From positions 7,020 to 71,019 of the forward strand of contig JBBRSS010000002.1 of assembly GCA_038245115.1 (NCBI GenBank): a DNA stretch of 64,000 bases, in the 5' to 3' direction. The position numbers were made by a program, and so were the translations under genes. Source of the stretch: Candidatus Saccharimonadia bacterium (GTDB lineage Bacteria > Patescibacteriota > Saccharimonadia > UBA4664). The notes under the pieces are model-generated. The model ran no database searches, was not told the DNA's origin, and saw only the letters and a list, made by a program, of their open reading frames with translations. Below are positions 20,032-30,478 of the stretch, one piece after another (position 1 is the first letter of the stretch; each line of letters starts with the position of its first letter).

Positions 20032-20053
20032 GGCTCGACAGCCTTGGTATAAT
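20032..20053 (+). promoter_or_regulatory. Candidate promoter with extended -10 (TGgTATAAT) for otsAB
   Basis: 'TTGGTATAAT' lies 40 nt upstream of the TTG start; GGAGG RBS at 20083-20087. Confidence 0.35.
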
Positions 20054-20092
20054 AGACGTTGGTTATAATTAGCTATCGCTACGGAGGAAAGT

Positions 20093-22291
20093 TTGGTTGC
20101 CCCTAGCCTCATCGTTGTTTCGAACAGGCTGCCTATTAGCGTGTCCAAAGATAATGGCAAACTTGTTTACAAGTCGAGCCAGGGCGGGCTAGCTACCGCT
20201 ATGTCTTCTCTCGGTAAATCACAGGAGTATATCTGGATCGGCTGGCCCGGCATCGCCTCCGATCAGCTCACGGTCGAAGACAAAAAGAATATTCGCAAAG
20301 AGCTCACCAAACACAAATGCTACCCCGTATTTCTATCCGCGAAACAGATCGAAAATTTCTATAATGGCTACTCCAACGGCACTATCTGGCCGTTATTTCA
20401 TTATTTCCAATCCCTCACCCAACATCGAGCCGAGTATTGGGAAGAATACAAGAAAGTAAATAAGCTCTACGAAGCGGTCGTCTTAAAGTACGCCACCAAT
20501 AAGTCGACCATCTGGATCCACGATTATCATCTGATGGTGCTGCCGCAGATGTTGCGTACCGAATTGCCCGAAAGCTCCATTGGCTTCTTCCTACACACAC
20601 CGTTTCCGTCCTACGAAATTTACCGGCTCTTGCCCGACCGCAAAGAAGTTGTCGAGGGACTCATCGGCGCAGATCTGGTAGGGTTCCATACCTACGACTA
20701 CGCCCGCCATTTTCTCAGCGGCGTTTTGCGCACCCTAGGCTATGACAACAAAATGTCGTCAATTATTGTGGGTGATCGTTTAGTGCGGGCCGATGTTTTT
20801 CCGATCGGCATAGATTATGAGAAATTTGCACTTGCAGCCAAATCAGCCCCGGTTAAAACCGAAATTGCTGCCCTCAAGAAGCACTTTAACGACCAAAAGA
20901 TTGTGCTATCAGTCGACCGCTTGGATTATTCCAAGGGTATTCTTGAGCGTCTCGAGGCTTTTGACGCTTTCCTGGAGAAAAATCCCCGCTGGCACAAAAA
21001 AATTGTGCTCGTAGTTGTTGCCGTGCCGTCGCGAATTACCGTTGGCGCCTATCAGCAAATGCGCGAAGACATTGAGCGCGCCGTCAGCCGGGTCAATGGC
21101 AAGTACGCTACCGTCGACTGGTCGCCCATCTCATACCAATACAAAAACCTGCCCTTCGATGAACTAATGGCGCTCTACAGCCGGTCCGATGTCGCCCTGG
21201 TGACGCCTCTGCGCGACGGCATGAATTTAGTTGCCAAGGAATATATCGCCAGCAAACAAGGCCGCAATGGGGTACTAATTATTAGCGAAATGGCCGGCGT
21301 CGCCGATGAACTGCCCGAAGCCACCAAAGTCAACCCAAATGACCGCGCAGGAATTGTACGGGCGCTCGAAAACGCGCTCAAAATGACCCCCACCGAACAG
21401 AGGCGACGCCTGGTTGCGATGCAGAATCGGCTGTCGATGTACACCGTGGAACGCTGGGCCGAAGATTTTATCGAACAACTCACTCTGGCCAAAGCACAAC
21501 GCGCAGCCCACGACCTCAACTTCCTAACCTCTCCGGTTATGGACGAAATTGTAAAAAAATATCAGCAGGCCAAAAAACGCTTACTAATGCTCGATTACGA
21601 TGGCACCCTAACCAAATTTGTCTCCGACATCCGACCCATTTCTTCCAAACCCACCAGCAAACTTATGCGTATACTCAAGAAACTAAGTCATACTCAGGGC
21701 AACGAAGTCATGATCGTAAGCGGTCGCCCCAAGCGGGCGCTTGAGTCTTGGTTTAGCAAGCTACCGGTAGCCCTAGTTGCCGAGCATGGCGCCTGGATCA
21801 AAGATCATGGCAAATGGGTCGCACGGTCGAACTTTCCCGCCGACTGGAAAGATCCGGTATTACCGCTTCTCGAAGCCATTACTGAGCGCACTCCCGGCGC
21901 AATAATTGAAAATAAAAACTTTTCACTAGTCTGGCACTACCGCAATGTCGGTCCCGAGCTAGCCTATGTTCGCAAAGCCAACCTAAAGCATGACGTCGAG
22001 AAAAAGCTTCGTGATTCCGATATTGAAGTCTTCCAGGGCAATAAGATTCTCGAATTTAAGCCTCGGTTTATCACTAAAGGCGCCATGGTAAAACAAAAAT
22101 TATCCGAAGGCGCCTATGACTTTATCCTGGCAATCGGCGACGACTATACCGACGAAGATATGTTCGCCGCCCTGCCTGTCGGCGCCTACACCATCAAAGT
22201 TGGCATCGGCAGCTCAATTGCGCGCTACCACCTCAGCTCGGTCGAACAGGTCCACGCCTTTATTGCCAGGCTAGCCGCCTCCATTGAATAG
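20093..22291 (+). CDS. otsAB: Bifunctional trehalose-6-phosphate synthase / trehalose-6-phosphate phosphatase (OtsA-OtsB fusion)
   Basis: GT20 'HDYHLMVLPQMLR' and 'VGFHTYDYARHF'. C-terminal HAD motifs 'LLMLDYDGTLT' and 'AIGDDYTDEDMF'. Confidence 0.9.
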   Translation: MVAPSLIVVSNRLPISVSKDNGKLVYKSSQGGLATAMSSLGKSQEYIWIGWPGIASDQLTVEDKKNIRKELTKHKCYPVFLSAKQIENFYNGYSNGTIWPLFHYFQSLTQHRAEYWEEYKKVNKLYEAVVLKYATNKSTIWIHDYHLMVLPQMLRTELPESSIGFFLHTPFPSYEIYRLLPDRKEVVEGLIGADLVGFHTYDYARHFLSGVLRTLGYDNKMSSIIVGDRLVRADVFPIGIDYEKFALAAKSAPVKTEIAALKKHFNDQKIVLSVDRLDYSKGILERLEAFDAFLEKNPRWHKKIVLVVVAVPSRITVGAYQQMREDIERAVSRVNGKYATVDWSPISYQYKNLPFDELMALYSRSDVALVTPLRDGMNLVAKEYIASKQGRNGVLIISEMAGVADELPEATKVNPNDRAGIVRALENALKMTPTEQRRRLVAMQNRLSMYTVERWAEDFIEQLTLAKAQRAAHDLNFLTSPVMDEIVKKYQQAKKRLLMLDYDGTLTKFVSDIRPISSKPTSKLMRILKKLSHTQGNEVMIVSGRPKRALESWFSKLPVALVAEHGAWIKDHGKWVARSNFPADWKDPVLPLLEAITERTPGAIIENKNFSLVWHYRNVGPELAYVRKANLKHDVEKKLRDSDIEVFQGNKILEFKPRFITKGAMVKQKLSEGAYDFILAIGDDYTDEDMFAALPVGAYTIKVGIGSSIARYHLSSVEQVHAFIARLAASIE

Positions 22292-22320
22292 GAGAGATCA
22301 AGTCCGAGCCAATCCAATGG

Positions 22321-23247
22321 CTACTGCCGTTGGCGCCGATACAGCCAGTACAGCGCCACAACCATAAAGGCCAGCGTGCTGATTGTGATAAACGCGAACG
22401 CATGTGAACTCTGCTGGTCGGGTATGGGAACGTTGATTCCAAACAAGCTAAATATAATGGTTGGTATGGTCAACACGACAGTCAAGGAAGTTAGCAGCTC
22501 AACTCGCCGGTTCAAGTTGTTGGTCATTATGTTGGAATACGCTTCACGAATATTCATGGCCGTACGCAAGCTCGATTGGCTCGTTTCACTAAGCTGCCGC
22601 GTAGCCTGCACCAAGTCTTCAATAAGATCGCGGTCTTCCTCGTGAAAGCTCAGACCGTGCCGCCCGCCGAGCAGACTCGACAGTAGCAGGTTTGCCGGGA
22701 TTAATTCTGCCAAAAATGAACTCAAAGCATCTTCGATCACCACGAACTGCACGAAGTCCCGGTTATTAATATTCGACACGTTTAATCTCGCCCGCACGCC
22801 CCGAATCTGACGATCCAGATAATTAATGTTAACCTCGTAACTCAACACTAGGTGACGCAGCAGCAATAATAATAACTTAGCGCGTTGAGTTGTATACAGC
22901 GTCGCGATGTTCATCAATCTATCGAGCCCGGAAAGCGGTTGTCGGGAAATAGTTGCCACAAAATTTGGGCCCACCACTAGCAGCACCGGATCGGTGTCCA
23001 CCACTTCGCCTTTGCGGAATGAGTAGCGCATATACACGTACAGATTGCCTTCGTCTTCATCAATTCGCGGAATTTCATCTGGATCCAGCGCATCCGCGAG
23101 CAAGCCGGGATCCAGCCGATATTTTGTCTCAAGGAGCTTAAGCTCGTCCGCAGTTGGTGCCTCAACCACTATCAGGGAACCCGTCTTAAAAGCCTCAGCT
23201 TCTGTCGCCTTCCCATCCCGAAGGCTGCGATACAAATATTTGATCAT
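22321..23247 (-). CDS. CorA-family divalent cation transporter (GIN variant of the GMN motif)
   Basis: Cytoplasmic N-terminal domain plus two C-terminal TM helices; 'LFGINVP' sits in the GMN position. Confidence 0.7.
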   Translation of the reverse strand: MIKYLYRSLRDGKATEAEAFKTGSLIVVEAPTADELKLLETKYRLDPGLLADALDPDEIPRIDEDEGNLYVYMRYSFRKGEVVDTDPVLLVVGPNFVATISRQPLSGLDRLMNIATLYTTQRAKLLLLLLRHLVLSYEVNINYLDRQIRGVRARLNVSNINNRDFVQFVVIEDALSSFLAELIPANLLLSSLLGGRHGLSFHEEDRDLIEDLVQATRQLSETSQSSLRTAMNIREAYSNIMTNNLNRRVELLTSLTVVLTIPTIIFSLFGINVPIPDQQSSHAFAFITISTLAFMVVALYWLYRRQRQ

Positions 23248-23345
23248 GACGTTTTTCCTTTGAGTTATTTTCCGCTAGATCAAGTGATCCCGGAAGCCGC
23301 TAGGTGTATTATAGATCGAAAGAGTAAACATAAGGAGAGTTGCCC

Positions 23346-24314
23346 ATGTCAATAGCCGAGATTCCTCTACGCCATATTCTCTCTGCCGATCAATTCGATA
23401 CCGAATTAATCGGCCGTATTTTTGAATACGCCGACCGAGCATCAGTCGCCGTCGAGGACCAGCGCCGCTATCATCAATTGGGCAACCGGTTGTCTGGTCA
23501 TATTTTATACAGACTTTTCTACAAAGAGTCAACTCGTACCTATGAATCATTCGGCTTTGCAGCGACCCATATGGGCATGGCCGTACTTGGCACCCAGAGC
23601 GTTCAATTCTCCTCGGTCGCCAAAGGTGAAACCCTCGAGGATACCATTCGCACCATTTGCAGCTATCGTCCGAGCATGATTGTTTTGCGCAGCGCCAAAG
23701 ACGGCGAGGCTGCCCAGGCCGCCGCCGTTTCATCCGTGCCCATCATTAATGCCGGCGACGGCAGCGGCGAACACCCGACCCAGGCCCTGCTCGACCTCTA
23801 CACCATCCAGCGCGAGCTGGGTCGCACCAGCGGCCTGCATATCGTCATGGGTGGCGACCTGGCCAACGGCCGCACCACGCGCAGCCTCGTCAAACTCGCC
23901 GCCAAGTTCCCCAACAACACTTTTACCTTTATTGCCCCGCCCACCTTCGAGATGAAAGACGACATCCTCGCCGAACTACGGGCCAACAAGATTACCTACA
24001 ACGAAACCGCCGAGGTCAAACCAGCCCTGGCCGCCGCCGATATCGTATATTGGACACGCATCCAGAAAGAGCGCATTAACGCCGCTCAGTCCGAATACCT
24101 CGATGCTCACCCGACCACCGGCACCGACTACAGCCTGGGCCTAGCCGAAGTCTCTCTTATGCCGGCTCACTCCAGGCTCATGCACCCGCTGCCGCGAGTA
24201 GGGGAGATCAAACCCGAAGTCGATTCCGACCCCAGGGCGATCTATTTCAAGCAAATGCACTACGGTCTGCTTATCCGCATGGGGCTCATTGAATGGGCAC
24301 TAGGGTATTTATAA
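23346..24314 (+). CDS. pyrB: Aspartate carbamoyltransferase catalytic subunit
   Basis: 'KESTRTYESF' (STRTR), 'HPTQALLD' and 'HPLPR' motifs. AAGGAG 8 nt upstream of ATG 23346. Confidence 0.8.
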   Translation: MSIAEIPLRHILSADQFDTELIGRIFEYADRASVAVEDQRRYHQLGNRLSGHILYRLFYKESTRTYESFGFAATHMGMAVLGTQSVQFSSVAKGETLEDTIRTICSYRPSMIVLRSAKDGEAAQAAAVSSVPIINAGDGSGEHPTQALLDLYTIQRELGRTSGLHIVMGGDLANGRTTRSLVKLAAKFPNNTFTFIAPPTFEMKDDILAELRANKITYNETAEVKPALAAADIVYWTRIQKERINAAQSEYLDAHPTTGTDYSLGLAEVSLMPAHSRLMHPLPRVGEIKPEVDSDPRAIYFKQMHYGLLIRMGLIEWALGYL

Positions 24315-24949
24315 TGATGGCCGGTAAACTTATCCTCTCAAGACACGGCGAATCCGAATTTAACGCCAAAAGCCTCTGGACGGGAATTTGGGATATTCCG
24401 CTAACCGATAAGGGCCGACATGAAGCCACGCTAATGGGCGAAGCTCTGGCAGATCTAAAGCCCGACATAGCCTACACCTCCGCACTCATTCGAGCGCAAG
24501 ATACGCTTCGCATAATCCTGCGAACCAATAGCTGGGACATTCCGGTTCACCAAGTTCATCAACTCAACGAGCGCGACTATGGTGAGCTCACTGGCCTCAA
24601 CAAATGGGAGGTCCAGGAAAAATACGGCGATGACCAATTTACCCTCTGGCGACGCGGCTGGGACGAGCCGGTTCCCGGAGGCGAAACCCTCAAAGACGTA
24701 TACGCCCGTTCCACAACCTATTTTAATGAACATATTCTGCATCAACTGACAGGCGGAAAAACAGTTCTAGTAACCGCCCATGGCAATACCCTGCGGGCAC
24801 TCATCAAATATCTCGACCATCTCGATGACAAAGCGGTCGAAAGTTTAGAAATGCCGTTTGGGCAGCTCATTATTTATGAATTTGACGATAATGGAATCGT
24901 AAAATCAAAAGTAATTCGCAAAATCGACACCACCCCGCCCCCAGCCTAG
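24314..24949 (+). CDS. gpmA: 2,3-bisphosphoglycerate-dependent phosphoglycerate mutase
   Basis: 'LSRHGESEFN' histidine-phosphatase motif. Start overlaps the pyrB stop (TAATGATG). Confidence 0.8.
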   Translation: MMAGKLILSRHGESEFNAKSLWTGIWDIPLTDKGRHEATLMGEALADLKPDIAYTSALIRAQDTLRIILRTNSWDIPVHQVHQLNERDYGELTGLNKWEVQEKYGDDQFTLWRRGWDEPVPGGETLKDVYARSTTYFNEHILHQLTGGKTVLVTAHGNTLRALIKYLDHLDDKAVESLEMPFGQLIIYEFDDNGIVKSKVIRKIDTTPPPA

Positions 24950-25128
24950 CTATACCCCTGGTATTTCCTAGCGTAATGTGCTATACTGAGCACAATCTTG
25001 AAGCAGGCCTAGCCTGTCGGTTTTAGTAGAGCGGTTTCGACCGCAATCACGCGAATCTTATTCCGGAGCAAAATATTAAGGGCTCGCGGAATTTTCAAAC
25101 CTCCCGCATTCCCAAGGAGATCATATTA

Positions 25129-25410
25129 ATGCCTGCTAATAAACTTTTTGTCGGCTCCCTGTCGTTCAACACCACAGACGAAGCTCTGGCTGAGGCTTTT
25201 GCCCAAGCCGGTACCGTCGTTAGTGCTAAGGTCATCATGGACCGCGACTCCGGCCGCTCGAAGGGCTTCGGCTTTGTCGAGATGAGCTCGGACGAAGAAG
25301 CACAGAACGCTATCCGCCTCTTGGGTGACCAAGAGCTAGATGGCCGCCGCCTCACGGTCAACATCGCCAAGCCGATGCCTGAGCGTGCCCCTCGCCCGAA
25401 CCGCTACTAA
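25129..25410 (+). CDS. RRM-type RNA-binding protein
   Basis: RNP-2 'KLFVGSL' and RNP-1 'KGFGFVEM'. AAGGAG RBS. Confidence 0.85.
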   Translation: MPANKLFVGSLSFNTTDEALAEAFAQAGTVVSAKVIMDRDSGRSKGFGFVEMSSDEEAQNAIRLLGDQELDGRRLTVNIAKPMPERAPRPNRY

Positions 25411-25441
25411 TCCTTCTGGATTAACTAGCCAAACATAAAAA

Positions 25442-25487
25442 ATACGCCCCTGAGCAATCTCGGGCGTATTTTTTTGTGTGTTTTTTT
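25442..25487 (+). terminator. Rho-independent terminator after the RRM gene
   Basis: AUACGCCC...GGGCGUAU 8-bp stem followed by a U-rich tract (UUUUUUUGUGUGUUUUUUU). Confidence 0.75.
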
Positions 25488-25766
25488 AGGACTCACATCA
25501 GGAAACTGCCAGAAAAGCATAGACGTATAACGCCATAATCTAGAATAATGTCCATACTATAGCCCTCATGCCTATGACAATATAGGAACGTACCGTACAG
25601 CGCCCGCGGGCCTTAGCATCATCACGAGAACCTGGCCAAAGTGATAGAGAGCTTGGATAAGAGAATACAGGTCGGTTTTGGGACTACAGAGAGCCCAAAG
25701 CCGACTGTGATACTCAAGAAACCCGACGTTGTCGCGGTTTTTTGTTTTGGGACAACAACTCGGCCG

Positions 25767-27029
25767 CTAGATACGATCCAGTACCACGAGCGATTCCAGA
25801 TGCAGTGTTCCCGGGTACAGATCGTAACCAGTAACTCCAGCGGTTCTATAGGCGTCTTTGAGCAACAACACGTCCCGGGCCTGAGTGGCCGGATTACACG
25901 ACAAATAGATAATCTTGGCCGGGGCTGCGGCAATAAGGGTTTTTACGACCTGTAGCTCAAGACCGGCCCGCGGAGGGTCCACCACCACACAATCCACGCC
26001 GGCGAGTAGCTCCGGGCTCAACCTCTGCGCCATCGTCGCCAGCGACCGGTAATTAGTTAGCCCCGCGGCCTCAGCGTTAAGTTTAGCCAATTCTACGCTC
26101 GATGCGTTAATCTCTACCCCCAGCACATCCTTCGAAAACTTTGCCGCCGCCAAGCCAATCGTCCCGACTCCACCGTACAAATCCACGATCCGGGCATTGC
26201 GCGGCATTGCCGCCAGTATAGACTGCAGCACCACTTCAAACATCTCCACATTAGTCTGAAAAAATGCATTGAACGGATAAGTAAGCTTAACGCCACCAAG
26301 GGTGTCCGTCAGCTGAGTCTCGCCGGTGTTCCAAATAAGTTCATGATCAACCCGGCGGCGCACCCTCGACACTACCACCCCGGCCAGTCCCGGAACTGCC
26401 AGATCGCTCCAATCGCGCTTCGGCACCTGATGCAGCGCAATATGGCCAAGAATCCGCCCCGTATCCATACTCTGACGCACCGTCAACGTCTCCATGTATC
26501 CGTCGAGCTTTAGTTTATGCGCCCGATCAATGAGCTCCACGGCCGCCTCATTCATAGCCTCGGAACCGAGTTTGCACCCGTGAGGCAGCGCCACCAAGCC
26601 CTCGTAACTTCCGCGCTCGTGAAATGCCAAATCCAGGCGGTTATCGCCCGGCTTTACCGAAAACTCCAGTTTATTGCGGTAGCCGAAGCGATTTTTGGCG
26701 CCAATCATATCAGCCACAGGCACTTCAAGGCCGGGGCGCGCGAACGCATCAGCCAGCACAACTTTCTTAAGCTCAAGTTGGTAGGCGTACTCAACCCCTT
26801 GCCAGGGTGAGCACGACAAATAATGATCCTCGGCTGGCTGATTGCGCTGCGGTGCTGGGGTAATAATTTTGGCCACGCTCGCTTCAACGAAGCTAGGCTT
26901 ATCCTTAATAATTACCACTTCTGCCGTTTCACCCGGCAACGCCCCCGCCGCAAAGCACGGCCGACCGTCCAAATATCCCAAAGCCTTACCGCCGCCAACT
27001 ATTTTTTCGAATGTAATTGTGTGTGTCAT
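25767..27029 (-). CDS. rlmD: 23S rRNA (uracil-C5)-methyltransferase RlmD/RumA family (TRAM + SAM MTase)
   Basis: N-terminal TRAM domain, 'VVDLYGGVGTIGLAAA' SAM motif and 'DPPRAGL'. Confidence 0.8.
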   Translation of the reverse strand: MTHTITFEKIVGGGKALGYLDGRPCFAAGALPGETAEVVIIKDKPSFVEASVAKIITPAPQRNQPAEDHYLSCSPWQGVEYAYQLELKKVVLADAFARPGLEVPVADMIGAKNRFGYRNKLEFSVKPGDNRLDLAFHERGSYEGLVALPHGCKLGSEAMNEAAVELIDRAHKLKLDGYMETLTVRQSMDTGRILGHIALHQVPKRDWSDLAVPGLAGVVVSRVRRRVDHELIWNTGETQLTDTLGGVKLTYPFNAFFQTNVEMFEVVLQSILAAMPRNARIVDLYGGVGTIGLAAAKFSKDVLGVEINASSVELAKLNAEAAGLTNYRSLATMAQRLSPELLAGVDCVVVDPPRAGLELQVVKTLIAAAPAKIIYLSCNPATQARDVLLLKDAYRTAGVTGYDLYPGTLHLESLVVLDRI

Positions 27030-27104
27030 CAGATCACAGTATACCTTGTCCGGTGCGCAATGTTGCTAATCGTGTATGATAATGGCAACAAAGAGGTAAT
27101 GCTG

Positions 27105-28013
27105 ATGCGAATCGGGTTCGTTGGTCTAGGGAAAATGGGCGCTCAAATAGTCACCAAGCTACTGGCGGACGGTCATGAAGTGGTTGTCACAGATATTAAT
27201 GCAGCGGCGGTCGCCTCAATGGCCGATGCCGGTGCCACACCCGCCAAGGACCGCGCCGAGCTAGTTTCGCTCCTGCCTGCTCCGGCCATCATCTGGCTAA
27301 TGATCCCCGCGGATTACGTTGGCGCCGAGCTGGATAGCTTTGCCGAACTGTTGCCGGCAGGATCAATCCTGATTGACGGTGGCAATTCAGATTTTCGCCT
27401 CACCCAGGAACGCAGCCACAAGCTCACGCCCAAGAACATTACGCTCGTCGATGTCGGCACCTCGGGCGGAATTCTCGGTCTTGCCAATGGCTTTTCGATG
27501 ATGGTCGGGGGCCCCGACGAGCAAACCGAGTTAATCGTACCTATTCTGGACACCTTAGCCGCTCCCCGTGGAGCCCATCATCATTTTGGATCCACCGGCG
27601 CCGGACACTACGTCAAAATGGTCCACAACGGCATCGAATACAGCCTAATGCAGGCCTACGCCGAGGGCTATCAGCTGCTTGCCGAAGGTCCCATCGAATC
27701 GCTCGATTTAGCCGCCGTGGCGAACGTTTGGCAACACGGCAGCATCATTGCCTCGGGCTTAAATGAGCTAATCGCCGGAATTTATGCCAAAAATCCAAAG
27801 TTTGACGGCATCGAAGGCTACGTAGCCCAATCTGGCGAGGGGCTATGGACCAGCCAGGTCGCCGCCGCCGCCAAAGTTCCCATGCCGGCCCTCGACGTCG
27901 CCCTCAAAGCCCGCGCCGCCAGCGAAGCCGGCCATATCAGCCACGCCACCAAACTGCTCGCCGCTATGCGCAATGCGTTTGGCGGGCACAACCTCAACCG
28001 GGGCTCAAAATGA
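27105..28013 (+). CDS. gnd: 6-phosphogluconate dehydrogenase (decarboxylating), short form
   Basis: 'MRIGFVGLGKMGAQIV' NAD(P)-binding motif. AAGAGG 8 nt upstream of ATG 27105; the track ORF 26823 is an upstream read-through. Confidence 0.8.
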   Translation: MRIGFVGLGKMGAQIVTKLLADGHEVVVTDINAAAVASMADAGATPAKDRAELVSLLPAPAIIWLMIPADYVGAELDSFAELLPAGSILIDGGNSDFRLTQERSHKLTPKNITLVDVGTSGGILGLANGFSMMVGGPDEQTELIVPILDTLAAPRGAHHHFGSTGAGHYVKMVHNGIEYSLMQAYAEGYQLLAEGPIESLDLAAVANVWQHGSIIASGLNELIAGIYAKNPKFDGIEGYVAQSGEGLWTSQVAAAAKVPMPALDVALKARAASEAGHISHATKLLAAMRNAFGGHNLNRGSK

Positions 28014-29485
28014 CCCGAACACCCACCCAACCCGCCGCGCTAGTCATCTTCGGCGTCACTGGGGACTTGGCTCAACACATGCTGCTACCGGCGCTATATC
28101 ATCTGGAAAGCGAAGGCCTACTCCCGGAAAAACTCGCCATTGTCGGCATTTTTCGGCGCGAACCCGATGTCACCGAGATCATCCAGGAAGCCGAAATCCA
28201 GCTCCTACGATCCCATTCGGAGGTAGACCTCGATGTTCTAGCCAAACTCAAATCCAGAATTCATACCGTCAAAATGGACAGCACCAACCCCGATCATTTC
28301 AATCTTCTCGTTGCAAAACTACGTGAGCTCGACAAATCAGCCGGCGTCAAACTAAACCATCTATTTTATCTGGCCATCCCGCCGAACATATTTAAGAAAG
28401 TTATTGGTAATTTAGCCGCCTCCGGTCTCAACCGCTCCAAAGATGGCGAACGCGAAAGCCGCATTCTCGTTGAGAAGCCTTTCGGCGACGATTACGACTC
28501 CGCCAAAGAACTCATCGCGTTCATGTCGGAGCGCTTCGACGAAAAGCAGATCTTTCGTATCGATCATTATCTTGCCAAAGAAACCGCCCAAAATATTCTC
28601 ACCTTTCGTTTCAACAATCCGCTCATCGAAGGCATGTGGAGCCGTCAGTTTATCGACCATATCCAGATCACCGCTATAGAGAAGATCGGAATTCAGGGAC
28701 GGACTGCCTTCTACGAAAACATCGGTGCCCTACGCGACTTTGTCCAAAGCCACTTAATGCAGTTAATGGCCCTCGTGATGATGGAATACCCCGAAAATCT
28801 CACCTCAGACGCCATCCACAAAGAAAAACTCTTACTCCTCGAAAGTATCGAGCAAATTGCCGCCAAGCATGTCGAAGATATTGCCGTTCGTGGCCAATAC
28901 GCTGACTATACCGATGAAGTCGAAAACCCAGACTCCACTGTCGAAACCTTTACCGCTCTCAAGCTCGAGGTTGCCAACTCACGCTGGGGCGGCGTACCTG
29001 TGCTGCTGCGAACCGGCAAATCTACGGCCAACAAAGCCACCGAGATCGTGATCGCCTTCAAGGACCGCACCCGCCGCTCAATTTCCGACAATTTGCTAAT
29101 TATTCGAATTCAACCCAACGAAGGCATAGCGCTCAAGCTGCTGGCCAAAAAACCCGGTTTTACCGCTGAGGTTCAACCGGTCGATATGGAATTTTGTTAC
29201 TCTGGCACCTTCGACGGCCACCAACCTGATGCCTACCAGCGTGTCCTTGTCGATGCCCTGCGCGGCGATCAATCGTTATTTGCCACCAGTGACGAGGTTT
29301 TGGCCAGCTGGCGGCTCCTGCAGCCGGTACTGGACGCCTGGAAGGCCAGTGATGTTCCTCCCGAACGCTATGATGTGGGCAGCTGGGGCCCAGACGGTGC
29401 CGACAAACTTGCCCAAAATTTTGGAACCACCTGGGTCAACGAAAATCAGCACGTTTGCCCCAAACACCCAGCCCCCGAAAAATAG
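28010..29485 (+). CDS. zwf: Glucose-6-phosphate 1-dehydrogenase
   Basis: 'RIDHYLAKE' G6PD signature, N-terminal 'VIFGVTGDLA'. ATGA overlap with the gnd stop. Confidence 0.9.
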   Translation: MTRTPTQPAALVIFGVTGDLAQHMLLPALYHLESEGLLPEKLAIVGIFRREPDVTEIIQEAEIQLLRSHSEVDLDVLAKLKSRIHTVKMDSTNPDHFNLLVAKLRELDKSAGVKLNHLFYLAIPPNIFKKVIGNLAASGLNRSKDGERESRILVEKPFGDDYDSAKELIAFMSERFDEKQIFRIDHYLAKETAQNILTFRFNNPLIEGMWSRQFIDHIQITAIEKIGIQGRTAFYENIGALRDFVQSHLMQLMALVMMEYPENLTSDAIHKEKLLLLESIEQIAAKHVEDIAVRGQYADYTDEVENPDSTVETFTALKLEVANSRWGGVPVLLRTGKSTANKATEIVIAFKDRTRRSISDNLLIIRIQPNEGIALKLLAKKPGFTAEVQPVDMEFCYSGTFDGHQPDAYQRVLVDALRGDQSLFATSDEVLASWRLLQPVLDAWKASDVPPERYDVGSWGPDGADKLAQNFGTTWVNENQHVCPKHPAPEK

Positions 29486-29504
29486 TTTCCGCCGCGCCAA
29501 GTCG

Positions 29505-30080
29505 CTAGCGTACTAACCGAGCTACGCGCTCCAAGATCACATCCAGCCACCACAAGCTCACGCGGTAAGTAGTCGCCAATTCCACTAGCACTGCGTTTAC
29601 TGCCGCGTACTGGTCACCCAACCGCGCCCCGGACTCAAGCTCCGGCATCAATCCCATTCCCGCCAAGGCGCGCTCGGAGTAGTCATTCCACACCCCATAT
29701 TGCCTCGGATATGTTACCAGTAGCAGGGGAGTCAGCTTAGCTTTGCCCAGATGCGGCACCGCCAGCTCACCGCGACCGGGCTCTAGCTCATTCAGCCTAT
29801 CTGCAATCGGTCGGGTTTCATCAATCAACACCAACAAAGCCGCCCGCAGCCGCTCCATATCCACCGTCACATCATCGCGGCTAATCTCGCGCCAGCGTTT
29901 ATTTTGCTTATAGCTCAAAAACCCCGTCATATCCTGCTTAGTGAGGCTAGCGATACCCTTGGGCGAAAATATCACGCCCCAATACTGCGTAACTTCCAGC
30001 TCTTGCAGCCTTAAAGCCATTACGCTCGGCGTAGAATCACGAAAAACTGCAATCTGGGTGGTAGGAATGAGTGCGCTCAT
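29505..30080 (-). CDS. Hypothetical protein (191 aa)
   Basis: Clean ORF convergent with zwf; no motif recognised. Confidence 0.45.
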   Translation of the reverse strand: MSALIPTTQIAVFRDSTPSVMALRLQELEVTQYWGVIFSPKGIASLTKQDMTGFLSYKQNKRWREISRDDVTVDMERLRAALLVLIDETRPIADRLNELEPGRGELAVPHLGKAKLTPLLLVTYPRQYGVWNDYSERALAGMGLMPELESGARLGDQYAAVNAVLVELATTYRVSLWWLDVILERVARLVR

Positions 30081-30089
30081 CGAGCAATC

Positions 30090-30428
30090 TTACTTGCTAC
30101 TTATCATACTGGCGAGCCCTATCTGGACAATCATCAGACCCCACAAGCCCCAATACACTCTTTGGGGTAGCGATTTCTTTCGAAACGCTTCGAATAGCCC
30201 CAAAATAGCAGCGGCCAACACAATCTTCAGTACCGTCCGCCACAAGTACAAATCGTGATAATCAAGCGCTACAAGCACAAATCCGGTCAAAAACTGCGCC
30301 CGCGCGCCCATCACGGCCCAGCGCGTCGCTGTTCGCAGCTTTGAGCGCAACTGAGTCACCAGCCCCCATACAATCGCCGCCACACCCAACAAGTGCAATC
30401 CCAGAATCACTGCTCCAAATACTTCCAT
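30090..30428 (-). CDS. Hypothetical small membrane protein (3-4 TM)
   Basis: Hydrophobic helices; sits 9 nt downstream of the previous minus-strand gene. Confidence 0.4.
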   Translation of the reverse strand: MEVFGAVILGLHLLGVAAIVWGLVTQLRSKLRTATRWAVMGARAQFLTGFVLVALDYHDLYLWRTVLKIVLAAAILGLFEAFRKKSLPQRVYWGLWGLMIVQIGLASMISSK

Positions 30429-30478
30429 CTCTGTCTCCTGCTATAGATTGAATATACCGCTCATGCTAACATTTGACC

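Noticed and set aside
25715-25745. Terminator for rlmD on the minus strand
   Set aside because: Only a 4-bp perfect stem with mismatches beyond it; too weak to call.
26823-28013. ORF-track entries with long N-terminal extensions (26823.. for gnd, 27845.. for zwf, 39001.. for metK, 54882.. for the Ig/b5 protein, 8421.., 18052.., 23340.., 34935.., 43908..)
   Set aside because: The extensions arise from in-frame read-through of upstream non-coding DNA or from TTG/GTG codons. True starts were assigned at ATGs with SD motifs and conserved N-termini (27105, 28010, 39085, 55038, 8442, 18085, 23346, 34956, 43920).
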